Assembly (NCBI RefSeq): GCF_006345805.1
Contig: NC_043006.1
Location: 75,640,001 to 75,704,000 of the forward strand
DNA length: 64,000 bases
Source of the DNA: Octopus sinensis
Taxonomy: Eukaryota
Reading direction: 5' to 3'
Made by a program: the position numbers and the translations under genes. The notes beneath the pieces are model-generated. The model did not search any database, was not told the DNA's origin, and saw nothing but the letters and a program-made list of their open reading frames with translations. Below are positions 50,376-63,770 of this stretch, piece after piece (position 1 is the stretch's first letter; the number at the start of each line of letters is the position of its first letter).

Positions 50376-51929
50376 CACTAAAATAAGTGTTGTTTGGGAA
50401 CAAACATACCAAAGAATCCATAACTCTCAAATACGTTTACCCTATGTACAATAGTATCGGTAAATAAATTCAATAAGTAAATCTGTAACCAACTTCTAAA
50501 TATGTAACTAAACAGCGACCAAACCTTTAAGTCATACAAAAAAAATATTCCCTACAGTCTTCCATAGTATAATATAAAAGAAAAAACTTAAAACCACATT
50601 CATTAAATCTAAATATAGGCAGGATGAAATACTAACTTTAAAATTAAACTGCAACAATGAAACACATCTGTATCGGTATTGATAGCAAACCTATACTAAC
50701 TAAATTATATAACTAAATAACAACCAATCTTTAAGACCATACAAATATTAATCCCATTAGTCTTCCATAGTTACTACTATAGTGAAAAATTAAATGCTTT
50801 ACATTTCATTCTCTCCAATATATATATATATATATACACACACAAACACATATGTATATGTGGGGATTAAGTATGCCACTAATAGGTTCATTTTTGAAAG
50901 GATTTCCCTAGTCTTTACGCGATCAACATTTATATAAAATTAAGTAGTGGAAAGAAACCCCCAAGGGAGCCGAATAGCAAAAGCTCTTCAGAGTATAAAT
51001 CAGTATTTGCAAGATTGTACATCTTGATAGTTGTTCTATGATTTTTAGCGATTTTATCGTTTGGTGTTTGTAAGACCGCCTACATATACATATACATACA
51101 TACATACATACATACATACATACATACATACATACATACATACATACATACATACGTACGTACGTACATACATACATGTATACACACACCTACACACACA
51201 TATATGTATATGCATACATTTATTTATATATGTATATGTTTATGAATATGTAGCTGCAGGCGTAGATCTATGGTAAGAAGTTTCCTAACAATATATATAT
51301 CTATGTGTTTGTGTGTGTTTGTGTGCGTTTGCTTGTGGGCATGTTTATCGACATATACGTATGTATAAATGGTTATATGTAGATCAATCCTGATAATCCG
51401 ATAAGGAGTACTCACACCGCTGTGAAATTCTTCTATCTGCAGCCCTTTACATCCGAATACACGCTCCATTTGGATGCCACCACGCCCGACACATTGAATG
51501 CCTCCAAGCGGAAAAACGCAAATAGTCATTTAAAACTGTCAAAGTCACTCGTCCTGATATTATCCTTTCTCTTAACAATCGATACACTCTTGGGATAGCA
51601 CATATCTTTTCACAGCCTCTAAACCCGATTTCTTTCTCTTTTCTCCCCTGAGAATAAACACAAACTTTGGAAATACACAACAATCTGTCACATTTCTAAG
51701 AAGGTAAATACTCTTAAACTGTGGTCATACACTTCCATGATCTCACAACTGGAGCGAGCCATTAACAACATCGTCCTTCAAAACCTTACATCTTTCTCTA
51801 TTACAATTTTCGAAAATTCAGATCTTCTTAGAATCTACTCGCTCGTGCAACATACCGTTAGGCTTCGGCCCACAACAGACTTCGTGAAAACTGTTGTGGC
51901 AAATTATTTTAGCCAAGCACCCAAGTATT

Positions 51930-52152
51930 ATTTATCTTTTATCTTTTACTTGTTTTATGCGGCCACACTGGAGCTCTGCTTTCAGGAATTCTATTTGAAA
52001 AAAGAACAAAATAAAACAAAAAGAAACAACAAAAAAACGACGCCATTACATTTTGCTTTAAGACTGTTACTTTTTCTATCGGCGTCTTGATTCCGGACCG
52101 CTATGTCAAGGGTACCTAAACACACCAAAATCGGTTGGGGGACAAACACACG

Positions 52153-52195
<43 letters not shown>

Positions 52196-52199
52196 CCAC

Positions 52200-52230
<31 letters not shown>

Positions 52231-52400
52231 AACACACACACACACACGACGCGCTTCTTACAGTTTTTGTCTACCAAATCCACTCAAAAGGCTTTGGTCG
52301 GCACCTAGGCTATATTAGAAGACACTTGCCCAAGGTGCCACGCAATGGAACTAAACATGGTTGGGAGGCAATCTTCTTAACACAACCACGCCTGCGCCTA
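51930..52400 (-). mobile_element. SINE family B, degenerate, internal (CA)n
   Basis: The reverse complement matches the head (52245-52400) and parts of the tail. Confidence 0.75.
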
Positions 52401-52585
52401 TGTCAAGAATAACTGCTAACCTATTGGCAGTAGCGAACTCTCGGCTTTTGAACCAGTAGCACCCTCTTTTTCTCTCTGTCTCATATCATATCGAAGAAGT
52501 AGCGTGTTGATCAATATTTCATCATTTGGTGCCCTCCCAAATTTCGTTTTGTTCCTCATTCTCTAACTTGAATACATCAACGACC

Positions 52586-53004
52586 TTCTTATTCTTTACT
52601 GCTGACAAGGGGATAAACACAGAGGGGACAAACAAGGACAGACAAACGGATTAAGTCGATTATATCGACCCCAGTGCGTAACTGGTACTTAATTTATCGA
52701 CCCCGAAAGGATGAAAGGCAAAGTCGACTTCGGCGGAATTCGAACTCAGACATACCGGCAGACGAAATACTTATTTCTTTACTACCCACAAGGGTCTAAA
52801 CACAGAGAGGACAAACAAGGACAGGCAAACGGATTAAGTCGATTACATCGACCCCAGTGCGTAACCGGTACTTAATTTATCGACCCCGAAAGGATGAAAG
52901 GCAAAGTCGACCTCGGCGAAATTTTAATTTACAACGTAACGGCTGACAAAATACCGCTAAGTATTTCGCCCGGCGTGTTAACGTTTCTGCCAGCTCGCCG
53001 CCTT
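52586..53004 (-). mobile_element. SINE family A dimer
   Basis: Two units joined at GACGAAATAC|TTATTTCTTTAC, the same junction as the dimers at 3741 and 4764. Confidence 0.9.
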
Positions 53005-53057
53005 AAAAAATATAGAACGTTTCACGAATTTGCGTGTCATCCTTGTGCAAGGGCCAT
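53005..53057 (-). pseudogene. U6: U6 snRNA 3'-half pseudogene fragment
   Basis: ATGGCCCTTGCACAAGGATGACACGCAAATTCGTGAAACGTTCTATATTTTT differs from the canonical metazoan U6 3' half by 4 transitions. Confidence 0.92.
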
Positions 53058-53586
53058 CAACCACCTTCTTACACCCCAATTACCTCCGACAGTGCTCGTT
53101 CATAGATAGTCAATTTTATTCTTGTTTAAAGTTTATTCTTGTCACATCTAACCCTCCACATGCTACCTAGACACGTATGGGTCATCGTTATATGATACTC
53201 ATAAGGCTGGTGATGATGATGATGGTAGTGGTGGTGGTGGTGAAGATGATGATGATGATGATAAGGGCGATTATGTTGGATAATTATTGAAATTTGTTGG
53301 ACTTACTCGAAGTTGATTTAAATCACGACTGTTTAATATTTTAAATTCTATGTTCAATAGCAGTGATAGCGATGAGGGCGATGATGGTGAGCGTGATGGT
53401 TGTGGAGGTGGTCGTGATGACGATGATGATGATGGTGATGGTAACGGTGGTAATTGTGGCTGTGCTACAGCTACTGCTTCTGCTGGTAATAGTAGGGCTG
53501 GTGAAGATGTAGCGGTGGTAATGATGATAATGATGATGAGGGTGTGGCGATGGAGATGACGACACTAGTGATGCTGGTCATGCTGT

Positions 53587-53915
53587 TACTTCTTCTTTTT
53601 CTTCTTCTTCTTCTTCTTCTTCTTCTTCTTTCTTTTTCTTCATGTTCTTCTTCTTCTTCTTTCTTTTTCTTCATGTTCTTCTTCTTCTTCTTCTTCTTCT
53701 TCTTCTTCTTCTTTCTTTTTCTTCATGTTCTTCTTCTTCTACTTCTCCTTCTTCTTCTTTCTTTTTCTTCATGTTCTTCTTCTTCTTCTTTTTCTTCTTT
53801 CTTTTTCTTCATGTTCTTCTTCTTCTTCTTCTTTTTCCTTTCTTTTTCTTCATGTCCTTCGTCTTCTTTCTTTTTCTTCATGTTTTTCTTCTTCTTCTTC
53901 TTCTTCTTCTTCTTC
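53587..53915. repeat. (TTC)n array with recurrent TTTTTCTTCATG higher-order unit
   Basis: The motif recurs about 7 times at 30-50-bp spacing. Confidence 0.9.
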
Positions 53916-54390
53916 CAATCAGGACTCACGCCATTAGCCACAAAGAATATTCTCCAATTCGAGCCTACTCTAAGCTACTAAGAATGCGTGCCTCAACTTG
54001 AAGATCCACCCACCATACGCGATAGACTAGCGGTTGCACGGCGCGAAAGCTACGTTGTTATCCTCATTCCGTAAACGGTGGCTTTTAACGGGTGGAGAGC
54101 TGAACCATCCTGGGGTACAGAGGATTCGCAATCTAGACCAGGGTATGAAAGTTTACCACACCATAGTGGGTTACACTATGGTTCCTCTGCTTTGTGGCAG
54201 AAGTAGGAAGATCGAGTGAGAGAAAGTTGTGATGAAAGAGTACAGCGGGGTTCACCACCACCCCCACCGGAACCACGTAGAGCTTAGGTATTTTTGCTTA
54301 ATAAACACTCACAATGCCCGGTCTGGGAATCGAAACCGCGTTCTTATGATCGTGATACTGCTGCCCTAACCACTGAGCCATTGCGCCTCC
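53915..54390 (-). mobile_element. SINE family C head/body with a third, ~290-bp tail running into (GAA)n
   Basis: The head at 54390-54290 and body to ~54200 match 48682-48870. The downstream sequence is unrelated to tails 1 and 2. Confidence 0.65.
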
Positions 54391-54653
54391 ACTGCCGCTG
54401 CTGTTGCTTATGATGATGGTGATAGTAGGGATGGTGAAGATGTAGCAGTGGTAATGATGATGAGGGTGGTGGTGATGGAGACGATGACAATAGTGATGCT
54501 GACCATGCTGTTGCTGCTGCTTATGAAGAAGACAGGGGTAGTGGTGGTAGTGATGACGATGGTGTTGATGATGATCATTATCATGATTATGATGATCATG
54601 TGTTGATGGTGGCAGTGGTTGTGGCGATGAAAACGAGATCGACGACGATGTTA

Positions 54654-54692
<39 letters not shown>

Positions 54693-55029
54693 TGATCACG
54701 TGAAAGCTTCTGTTGCTGCTGCTGCTGCTGGTGATGATAATGATGAAGACGACGACGACGACGGCGACAAAAGTGGTGGAGACGATGACGTCGATCATGG
54801 TTTCGAAGACTTTGATGTGGTTTCTAGTTGCCGTGTTTGGTTGGGGATGGGGGGGGTGTTTTCATACATTTTTTTTTTAAAAAACTGATTTAAACAATAT
54901 GATTATTTCACCTATTTAATTCAAATGTTTGTTTTGCTGTTCATTTAATCGATCTCTTACAATAGATTTTCATTTTAACGATCAGATTTCCATTTGAGAT
55001 GTTAGATGTTCATCAGTACAAGCAATATA

Positions 55030-55092
55030 AACATTATTATTATCATCCTCATCATCATCATCATTATTGTAATTATTATTATTATTATTGTA

Positions 55093-55131
<39 letters not shown>

Positions 55132-55134
55132 GTA

Positions 55135-55189
<55 letters not shown>

Positions 55190-55222
55190 TATTATTATTA
55201 TTATTATTATATTATTATTATT
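55030..55222. repeat. (ATT)n array
   Basis: Read directly from the sequence. Confidence 0.95.
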
Positions 55223-55297
55223 TTTAATGATTTCCCATGAGAACACATAATGCAAAAAATCTAACTATTGTGTATCTGTCTCTTTTTTCATTCACAT

Positions 55298-55335
<38 letters not shown>

Positions 55336-55486
55336 ATCTCTCTTACTTTTCCTCTTTATATGGTCTCTTGTGAACGCAACGCATACACATGATAACACTC
55401 TAAAACACACATTTACCTTCCTTTTATTGAGTTCGACGCACCGATTAACAAAAACATGTACATACACGCACAGACGCCTACATAAA

Positions 55487-55888
55487 CAGAGTGCGATGGG
55501 TAAATTGTCACCATTTTATATTTTTAATTTCACGCATGCGCGGCACCTTGGGCAAGTGTCTTCTACTATAGCCTCGAGCCGACCATGGCCTTGTGAGTGG
55601 ATTTGGTAGACGGAAAACTGAAAGAAGCTCGTCGCATACACACACACATACACACACATACACACAAACATTTATATATTTGTGTGTGTGTCTGTGTTTG
55701 TTCTTCCACTATCGCTTGACAACCAGTGTTGGTGTGTTCACGTCCCCGTAACTTAGCGGTTCGACAAAAAGAGCCCGATAGAACAAGTGCAATGGTTACA
55801 AAGAAAAAGTCCTGGGGTCGATTTGTACGGCTAAAAGGCGGTGCTGTATCATGAGCGTAGTCAAATGACTGAAACAAGTAAAAGAATA
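55487..55888 (+). mobile_element. maT-type left end (55487-55540) fused to a headless SINE B
   Basis: CAGAGTGCGATGGGTAAATT is identical to 47785. It is joined at TGCGCGGCACCTTGGGCAAGT. Confidence 0.8.
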
Positions 55889-55981
55889 CCTATATCTGCT
55901 TTGGTACAAAGCACACTCCTTCTGTTTGCCGGCTACACATAGAGGCCCTGACATTATTCCCCTCGAATTCCCTGTTTTTAG

Positions 55982-56270
55982 TGAAGGCGCATGGCTCAGT
56001 GGTTAGGGTTTTCAGGTCATAAGTGCGATTACCGACAGCGTGTTGTGCCCTTGAGCAAAACACTTTATTCCACGTTGTTCCAGTCCACTCAGCTGCTCAA
56101 AATGAGTAGTACCTGCATTTCAAAGGGCCAGCCCTGTCACATTCTCTGTCACACTGAGTCTCACTGAGAACTACGTTTAGTTTACACGTGTCTGTGGAGG
56201 GCTCAGCCACTTGCATGTTAATTACAAGAGCAGGCTGTTCCGTTGGTCAGATTAACTGGAAACCTCGTCG
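55982..56270 (+). mobile_element. SINE with C-like head, different central domain (GTTGTGCCCTTGAGCAAAACACTT) and tail type 2
   Basis: The tail is shared with 48880-49062 and the central domain is shared with 61688-61928. Confidence 0.8.
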
Positions 56271-57147
56271 TCGTAACCGACGGAGTGCCAGTATTATGAC
56301 TGTTGTAGACTATTTTATAATACTCATAACATTTAATTATGGATTACTACGCACGTCTATATACTCATTTATATAAGAACGCACACATGTTCAAGCAAAC
56401 ATCATTAAATTTCTTTTATATATAAAGAAACATTTAGCCTGTATATTGTAGTTATCCACATAACACGTTTAAATATCAGTTGTATAAACAGTAATAGAAC
56501 CACCATATCTTCAGCCAGTACATAACAGATGAATCATCTCTTACATAAAATGCGTTTTGTCTGTGTGTGTGTGTGTGTGGCTTCTAGGATCTCGGGCATC
56601 ATCCATCAGGGCGTGTATAAGTCTTGAAAAAAATCGATTCCAGGTGAGAATGCGATCGATAAAGCCATGGGAAATCGTTTTTCTTTGGAATAGAAAAAAG
56701 TCTATCTTTATTTCTTTTTTTTGCTAGTGTCTCAAATTTAGGTTAAATCAGTGTTTCTTGAAGGAGAGGAGGCCTATGGGACGGTCGGACAAGTTGTTTT
56801 GAGAAAATTTGGTTTAAATGTTTGACAACTCAACACTGTCCATTGGACGGGGTGCGTTTTGCTCGTATATCTCATATGATACAAAATAATATGACGTTCG
56901 GATGGTAGTGAAAGAAATGAGAGTAGTATTAAGCATCTCAACTCGTTTAGGTAAAGAAGCTGGGTATATTTGTTCTCCCAAATCATGGAAAATGAATGAG
57001 AGAACTAGCCCAATTTTAGCTGGAGATAGAGATGTAGACGTTGTTTGTTCGAATAATGTATAGACTAATGGAACACTTCTCTGAACCGGACACAAGAAAA
57101 GTTCGTCCAATGTCACCTCCAGCGACAATAGTGTTTTCCTTCAAGAA

Positions 57148-57825
57148 CAAAGGTTCTCAACCCATTTTGGCCAAAGGCTTCCTTTTGACCCTTGGAGTTA
57201 CAAATGGTCCCACCTAGGAAATATTATTATTTTTCAATATATGACTTATTTGATATCAGCAGATAATGATTGAAAAAATTAAGGACGTTGTTTTACATAT
57301 GCACTTGTACGCAGTCGGGAGTACAGATGTACAAATTGAAATGTATAAAAGCGAAATAATGAATTGATAGTTTGATAATTACGTTTATTTCCACCACGCG
57401 GTACATGAGATCAACGTGTCGTCTATCGAAAGAGAGCTCTTTGGTACAAGTAAATGCCGATGAAATCATTTCAAACCTTTCCGATTTGCTTTAGCAAAAC
57501 AGCTAGAAATTGTGCAACAATCTGACATATAAGTTATTGTCACTCGGGAAGAGGATTTTTATACTCAAGAAAGAGAGTGTATTTCATAGAAATTGCTGAA
57601 AGACTTATGTACTTAATATGAGTAGCAAATTGTGGAGGATGGTATACACTGTACTTGGATCTAGTTAGTTTGAGTCATAAAATAAACCTCCTTTTGAAAT
57701 GGCATAAAAATATTTGAAAATTTGTCATATGAAAAACATTCATGTCTTATTCAGGACTTAGTTTGTTTCATTCATAAAATCTGCATTTTTTAAAAGGAAG
57801 TAAAAAAATCTGAAAATTGGTTACA

Positions 57826-57880
<55 letters not shown>

Positions 57881-58314
57881 TCTCACACATACACACACAC
57901 GCACACGTTCAGCTTTTCCCTTTTATTCATTACTTTTTTCTTTTAATCGTCTGTCACTATTCATCTGTTTTTAGTTTTTGTTTTTTGTTTTAGGGTTTTT
58001 ACTTTAGCGGCACCTGTTACACATAGCACGCGTAATAATAAGCTTGGTGTCGTTAAAGTGGAAAAAGTGTTTTTGTAAGTTTCTGAAAATTTGAAGCAAA
58101 AATACATGGGTTTTTAAAACTGACTGTCGCAGAGATGTGAAAACATGGCTGCTACTTGTTAATTTCAAATTAAAATTACCAAACACGAGTTCTTCCAGCG
58201 CCCCCTAGCACCCCCGAGTGTCTTAACACCCCCAGTGCCCCTTTGCTTCAAACGCCCCCTTCGAGCTCCAAATGGCCCCCGAGTGGCCATATACGCCACC
58301 GTTGAGAACCTTTG
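57148..58314. mobile_element. hAT (Charlie-like) non-autonomous element, 1167 bp
   Basis: Perfect 14-bp TIRs CAAAGGTTCTCAAC / GTTGAGAACCTTTG. The 8-bp flanks TTCAAGAA and TTGTAGAA are each one change from TTCTAGAA, the NTCTAGAN target of Charlie-type hATs. Confidence 0.8.
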
Positions 58315-58653
58315 TTGTAGAATTCTCAAACACAATGGCCACAACCTATTGAAATTGGGCCCGAATATGAAGTTCACGTTTTCGAAATGACATCCCTTAA
58401 AGATAGAAATACTTAGTTGCCTCCGCATGAAATATGTGCTGTAATAATACAGAAAGTATAGCTCTGAAGGTTGCATTAAGGTCGTACATATGGACCGCCT
58501 TAACAACTGAATACTGATAGTGCAGGTGCACTCATGAATATAATAAACATTTCCGCCAAAGTATATTATCGTCTGAAGGATCGCAGCCACGTTCTCCTTG
58601 TGTGTAACAGTGGCAAGCGGAGTAACAATGGTATGAATTTATCGATTATTTTC

Positions 58654-58687
<34 letters not shown>

Positions 58688-59770
58688 CTATATTTGTGTG
58701 CGTGTGTACATGTGTATGTGTTTATGTGTGTGTATTTGTGTCTGTGTGGGCATATAATCATGCCGTAAAAATATTCTCATATTTCATTCTCATCACCATG
58801 TACCAGTACAATCAACCACGGTGTCTCATATATTTGTGAATATGTGTATACATATACATACATACATACCTACATATATACATACATAAATTACATACAT
58901 ACATTCAACCGCACACATATATATATTTCAGATTTATATATACATAAACTTACACATAAATAAATATATGTATTAATAAGAATACATGCATATTAATACA
59001 CACAAATGTATGACTATAAATATATGTATGCATGCGTATATATATACATATATATATGTGTGTATATGTGTGTATATATATCTGTATATATATGTATATA
59101 TATATGTGTGTGTATATATGTATTTATATATATATGTATACATGTGTATATATATTTATATATATATATATATATTACAGATAGACGTATATAGAAAGAT
59201 TCATACATATTTACACACTCTCACGAATGGCATACTCGTAGAGAATCAATAATTTTCAATCAACGCTAAGCTATGCAGTTAATATTCATAACAATAAAAC
59301 TGACTCGTGTGTAATTAACTGTATAAAAGCAACCCCGATCGAACACCGAAACGTCACATAAAGCGAAGCTTTCTAGTAATGATTCAAAATTAATTCTGAA
59401 ACCAGGAAATGGAAGTTACATATTTGAATGCTAATTAATGACGTGTTCATTGAATTATTTTACGATTGTGTACCAAGATCTTTATCAGAAGAACATACTA
59501 CACGAAGTGAATGGACAATCGACATCCGTTGATGTTAAGAAGCCTGTGTGTTTAATTTCAACGACAAATAATATAATTCGTTAGACAGATATAATACGAA
59601 GCCTAAACATATACATACGCACACATGAATATATTAATACGGACATTTACATACAGGCATGTGTTTTCATACATAGTATTGTGTACAAACATGTACACAT
59701 AAACGCATATGAATATACGTGTGTGTGTCTAGCTAAGTATATATGTATGTGTATATAAAGATATGCTTCT

Positions 59771-59855
<85 letters not shown>

Positions 59856-60749
59856 GTATGTATGTGTGTGTTCGTGCGTGTGTGTATATTCATGTTTCTA
59901 TTCATATCCATATATAAACATACTTTCCAATACCATGGCAGCGTTACCTCAATTGGCATGAAGGCGTATAGTGCGTCTGAAGGAATGAATATTTCAATAT
60001 TTACTCCCACGATTATTTCACTCTCGTTCAGCCTATCTTCTCTGTTGTATGTAATTGTAACAAAAGCATCTTTTCTGAATAATTTAGGAAGCTGGCCTAT
60101 ATATAATTCTTCACAATAGATTATTTGTAATGCATTTCTTGAGGGTTACATCTTTTGCGGTTAATTTTGGTTTCTAGCTTTCTTTGTATTTTCTGTATGT
60201 TCTTTAAACTTACTGCTCTATTATGAATTATGAATATGAGACAGAACAGAATGGCAGCACTTCAGGTTGACCTTTCTTTTGTTTTGTTGTGATCTGGTAT
60301 GTATTTATGGGAGGTTTTGATAGTTTCATGTATATGAAGTTATTGTTATTTGCTTGTTCATACCTTTGTTCTATGCTTAATTCTGAGGTTGTTTTCAAAA
60401 TGGAGGTTTTTACCGTGTGATTACTTACTTTTCAGTTATAATGACTTCCTGTCACTGGAACGTATCCTCCAATCGACATTCTAATCGTGACCTACCATCC
60501 TTTCTGACACGAACAAAATTATTCAGTATATTCAGTCATTTCTAAGAAGATAGGTTAAACTTACGTAGGTTCCGTCTGTCATCTCTCTATCGTCAGGCAG
60601 ATCCCTCAATGAATTTAAATATATTTTTACTGGAAAACGTTTGACATTGACTTCTGAGTTTCACCGTTTGGCTAAATGTTACTCTTTCAAGTTGTTTCAT
60701 CTGCTTGGTTTATGGTTTTGTGAGTGGAGACTTTTAGTTGCAAGGGGGC

Positions 60750-61060
60750 TACCCTCCTCTTCCTCTTCGTCGTCGTCGTCCTTCCTCCTCCCCTCCCCCT
60801 CTTCCCTCTTCTCCTGCTCCCCCTCTCCTCCCTCTCCTCTTCTCCTCCTGTTGCTTCTCCTCTTCTCCCTCATCTTTCGCCCTCCTCTTCCTTTCCCTTC
60901 TCTATCTTTCTCCTCCACCTTCTTCCACCTTCCTCCTCTTTCCTCTTCCTCTCCCTCCTCTTTCTTCTTCCTCCTTCCTTGTTCTTTTTTTCTTCATCTT
61001 TTCCTCCCCTTCCTCCTCCTCCTTTTTCATCATCACCACCTCCACCACCATCCTCATCTT
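60750..61060. repeat. Polypyrimidine (CCT/CTT) tract
   Basis: Read directly from the sequence. Confidence 0.9.
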
Positions 61061-61687
61061 GTTTGATTACCTTCACCAAAAAATCTTAACTCTAGTTTAA
61101 TGTGTATATTATATAACACACGCTTTTGCTCATCCGATCAAACAATCCAATAAAATGTCTTTTTTATATTTATAAGAATACTACATTAAACAGAAACTAG
61201 ATTGCAATCACTAAACTCCCACCCACAAGATATGCCAAAATATATACAAAATATATACAGCGGCTAGAAATACTAAATTCTTAGTATCTGGCGAAGACAT
61301 CAAGCGAAGAAACTTTGAAGCCATTTTAAAATTTCTTCTTATGAACACATTTACATGCATATACAAGTATATATATCTGCCCCATATTATTTGCTACACT
61401 GCTCGGCATTTTCCTCACTTGTTTATTTTACTTTGGAAAATACTCTTCCCCACTCTCGCTGTTTTACTTTCTGAAGCCCATCGTCATTTTTTCCTCCTTT
61501 CGTTCAGTTGTTTCTTCTTTTCTGTCATTGTAACAATCTCTGTTTTCCTTGTCTTATAACTGTTTTCACCCCGAATTAATGTTTGACACAACCTTCTCCG
61601 TTTTTATTGTCTTATTACAATTTCAAGCCCGTAGTAATATTTCAAACAGTCTTGTCTTACATTTGTCGTTTACGTTGAAAAAAAAAT

Positions 61688-61928
61688 GTTCCTTCTCAAG
61701 CAATGCCAGGCTCATAAGGGCCGGTTTCCCGGTTTCAGTGGCGTAGAAATTCCCCACCTGGACGGGACGCCGGTCTATCGCAGGATTACTCATTTTTACC
61801 AGCTGAGTGGAGCAACGTGAAATGAAATGTTTTGCTCAAGAACACAACGCATCGCCCGGTCCAGGAATCGAAACCACAACCTTGCGATCATGAGTTCAAC
61901 ACCATAACCACTAAACCATGCACCTCCA
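61688..61928 (-). mobile_element. tRNA-headed SINE with CCTGCGATAGACCGGCGTCCCGTCCAGG 3' domain
   Basis: Head GGAGGTGCATGGTTTAGTGGTTA..GTTTCGATTCC, with the central domain as at 56040. Confidence 0.8.
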
Positions 61929-62672
61929 CTTACGTTGAAAGGTTTTGTTTTAACTATTTCTACACTGGATTTGTTTTTACATTTCCCCCCTTAGTGTCCT
62001 CGTATACTAAATTTCATTTCATAGTCTTCTCTACTTTTCTTCAATTTTATGTTCTATGCGTCTATAACCAAGCAAATTTGTGCCGTTGACACCACTGGAT
62101 TTGAAGATCATTGCTGGAAGGTGTGGCCATCGTAATGATATCCTGTTGGCAACAGATAAAACGACTGAATTTACCTATGTTCTTCTCCTTCGTATTTTCG
62201 TTTTGCCTTACGTTGCAATTACGGAAAAAAAGATGGTTGACAAATAATTGTGTTGGGAGCTAAATGCAAGGATGGTAAATACGGTAATAATGAAAGGGAG
62301 TCGTTAGCAAAACTAAATTCCAGAGAGTAATGCGAAGTACCTGATCCAATATTGTATAACTCTTTTCTCAATTACTTCATTCTATAAAATATTGGTATAA
62401 AAACATGTGAGGTGTAAGACACAAAAGACATTAAAAGAGAATAAAGGAAGTGTTTGGGAAACCCTTAGAAATATTTTTTAGAATTAATATAGTGTAAATT
62501 TAATGCGGCGAGCTGGCAGAATAGACGGAGATTGGCAAAGAAGCTGAATAAAAGATTCGTTCGTTTACTTGAGAAACTACCAGTCTCTAGAGCAATGCAC
62601 TGAATGAGAATTTATAATAGAAACAAACGTATATTATATATACACACACACACACATACACACACACACACA

Positions 62673-62718
<46 letters not shown>

Positions 62719-62729
62719 GGGGGTAGCAT

Positions 62730-63062
62730 GTGCCGCCTCTCGTGACGTGGATTAATCTGGTATCTCAGATAAAGAAATTTGTCCAGGCGTTCTCTGAAGA
62801 CCTCCAAATCTACACTCCGTAAATGACAGACGTTGTTAGGCAGAATGTTGAATAGTTGTTGACCCCCTTAATCTAAAGCTCTTACAGTAGTGGGTCCCTG
62901 TTTTAGGTAGAGAAGACCGTATCATTGGTACTATGCACTACCGTTCGGTTCGATGTCTGATATAGCTTTCAATTCCAAAGTTGGCTGCTAGAACTTCCAG
63001 GTACATATCTTTCGCCTCTTCTCTTTTCGGAGTAGAGTTTCTGAGCCCTGTTTAGGAGCTCG
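62730..63062 (-). mobile_element. Degenerate CR1-group LINE 3' fragment
   Basis: KLYSEKRRGERY..NFGIESY..HYCKSFRLRGQQLFNILPN..VFRERLDKFL, colinear with 23500-23800. Confidence 0.75.
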
Positions 63063-63120
63063 TCTATCATAAGTGAACAGAAACATAGTTTAAGAATAGA
63101 AGATACAAGACATTATACAG

Positions 63121-63454
63121 TAAGCGTTTAATATTTAAACAGAGAGAATACCGCCATGGTTTTCAGAGTAGAGCAATTGATTTCGGGGATTCAGTGAAAT
63201 ATGTCCCCGGGAGAAAGTCACAAAACAACTACTATATAATGATTCTCCACTTATACCAAATGTGGCTTTTGCCATAGGATATATATATATTTATAAGCGT
63301 TTAATATTTAAACAGAGAGAATGCCACCATGGTTTTCAGAATAGAGTAATTGAAGTCGGGGATTCAGTGAAATATGTCCCCGGGAGAAAGTCACAAAACA
63401 ACTACTATATAATGATTCTCCACTTATACCAAAGGTGGCTATTGCCATAGGATA

Positions 63455-63496
<42 letters not shown>

Positions 63497-63607
63497 ATAT
63501 ATATATTATATATATATATATATCCTATGGCAAAATCCACTTTTGGTATAAGTGGAGAATCATTATATAGTAGTTGTTTTGTGACTTTCTCCCGGGGACA
63601 TATTTCA
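63121..63607. repeat. 173-bp tandem duplication ending in (TA)n, plus an inverted 86-bp copy across the (TA)n
   Basis: TAAGCGTTTAATATTTAAAC occurs at 63121 and 63294. 63522-63607 is the reverse complement of ~63366-63451. Confidence 0.9.
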
Positions 63608-63614
63608 TGCGCCC

Positions 63615-63770
63615 TTACGTTCAGAGTTCAATTTTTACCGATGTCGACTTTACCTTTCATCCTTTCGGGGTTGATAAAATAAGTACGAATCGACCACTGG
63701 GGGGTCGATGTAATCGACTTACCCCTCTCCTAACATTGCTGATTGTGTGTGCCAAAATTTGAAACCAATA
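63615..63770 (+). mobile_element. SINE A-related copy with alternative tail
   Basis: TTTCATCCTTTCGGGGTTGATAAAATAAGTAC...TGTGCCAAAATTTGAAACCA. Confidence 0.8.

Noticed and set aside
51380-51900. Possible highly decayed GIY-YIG C-terminal coding remnant
   Set aside because: Only scattered residues fit and multiple frameshifts are needed. This cannot be supported without a profile search.
53587-53915. Regularly spaced repeats superficially like a CRISPR array
   Set aside because: The spacers are just (TTC)n, the context is eukaryotic, and there are no cas genes.
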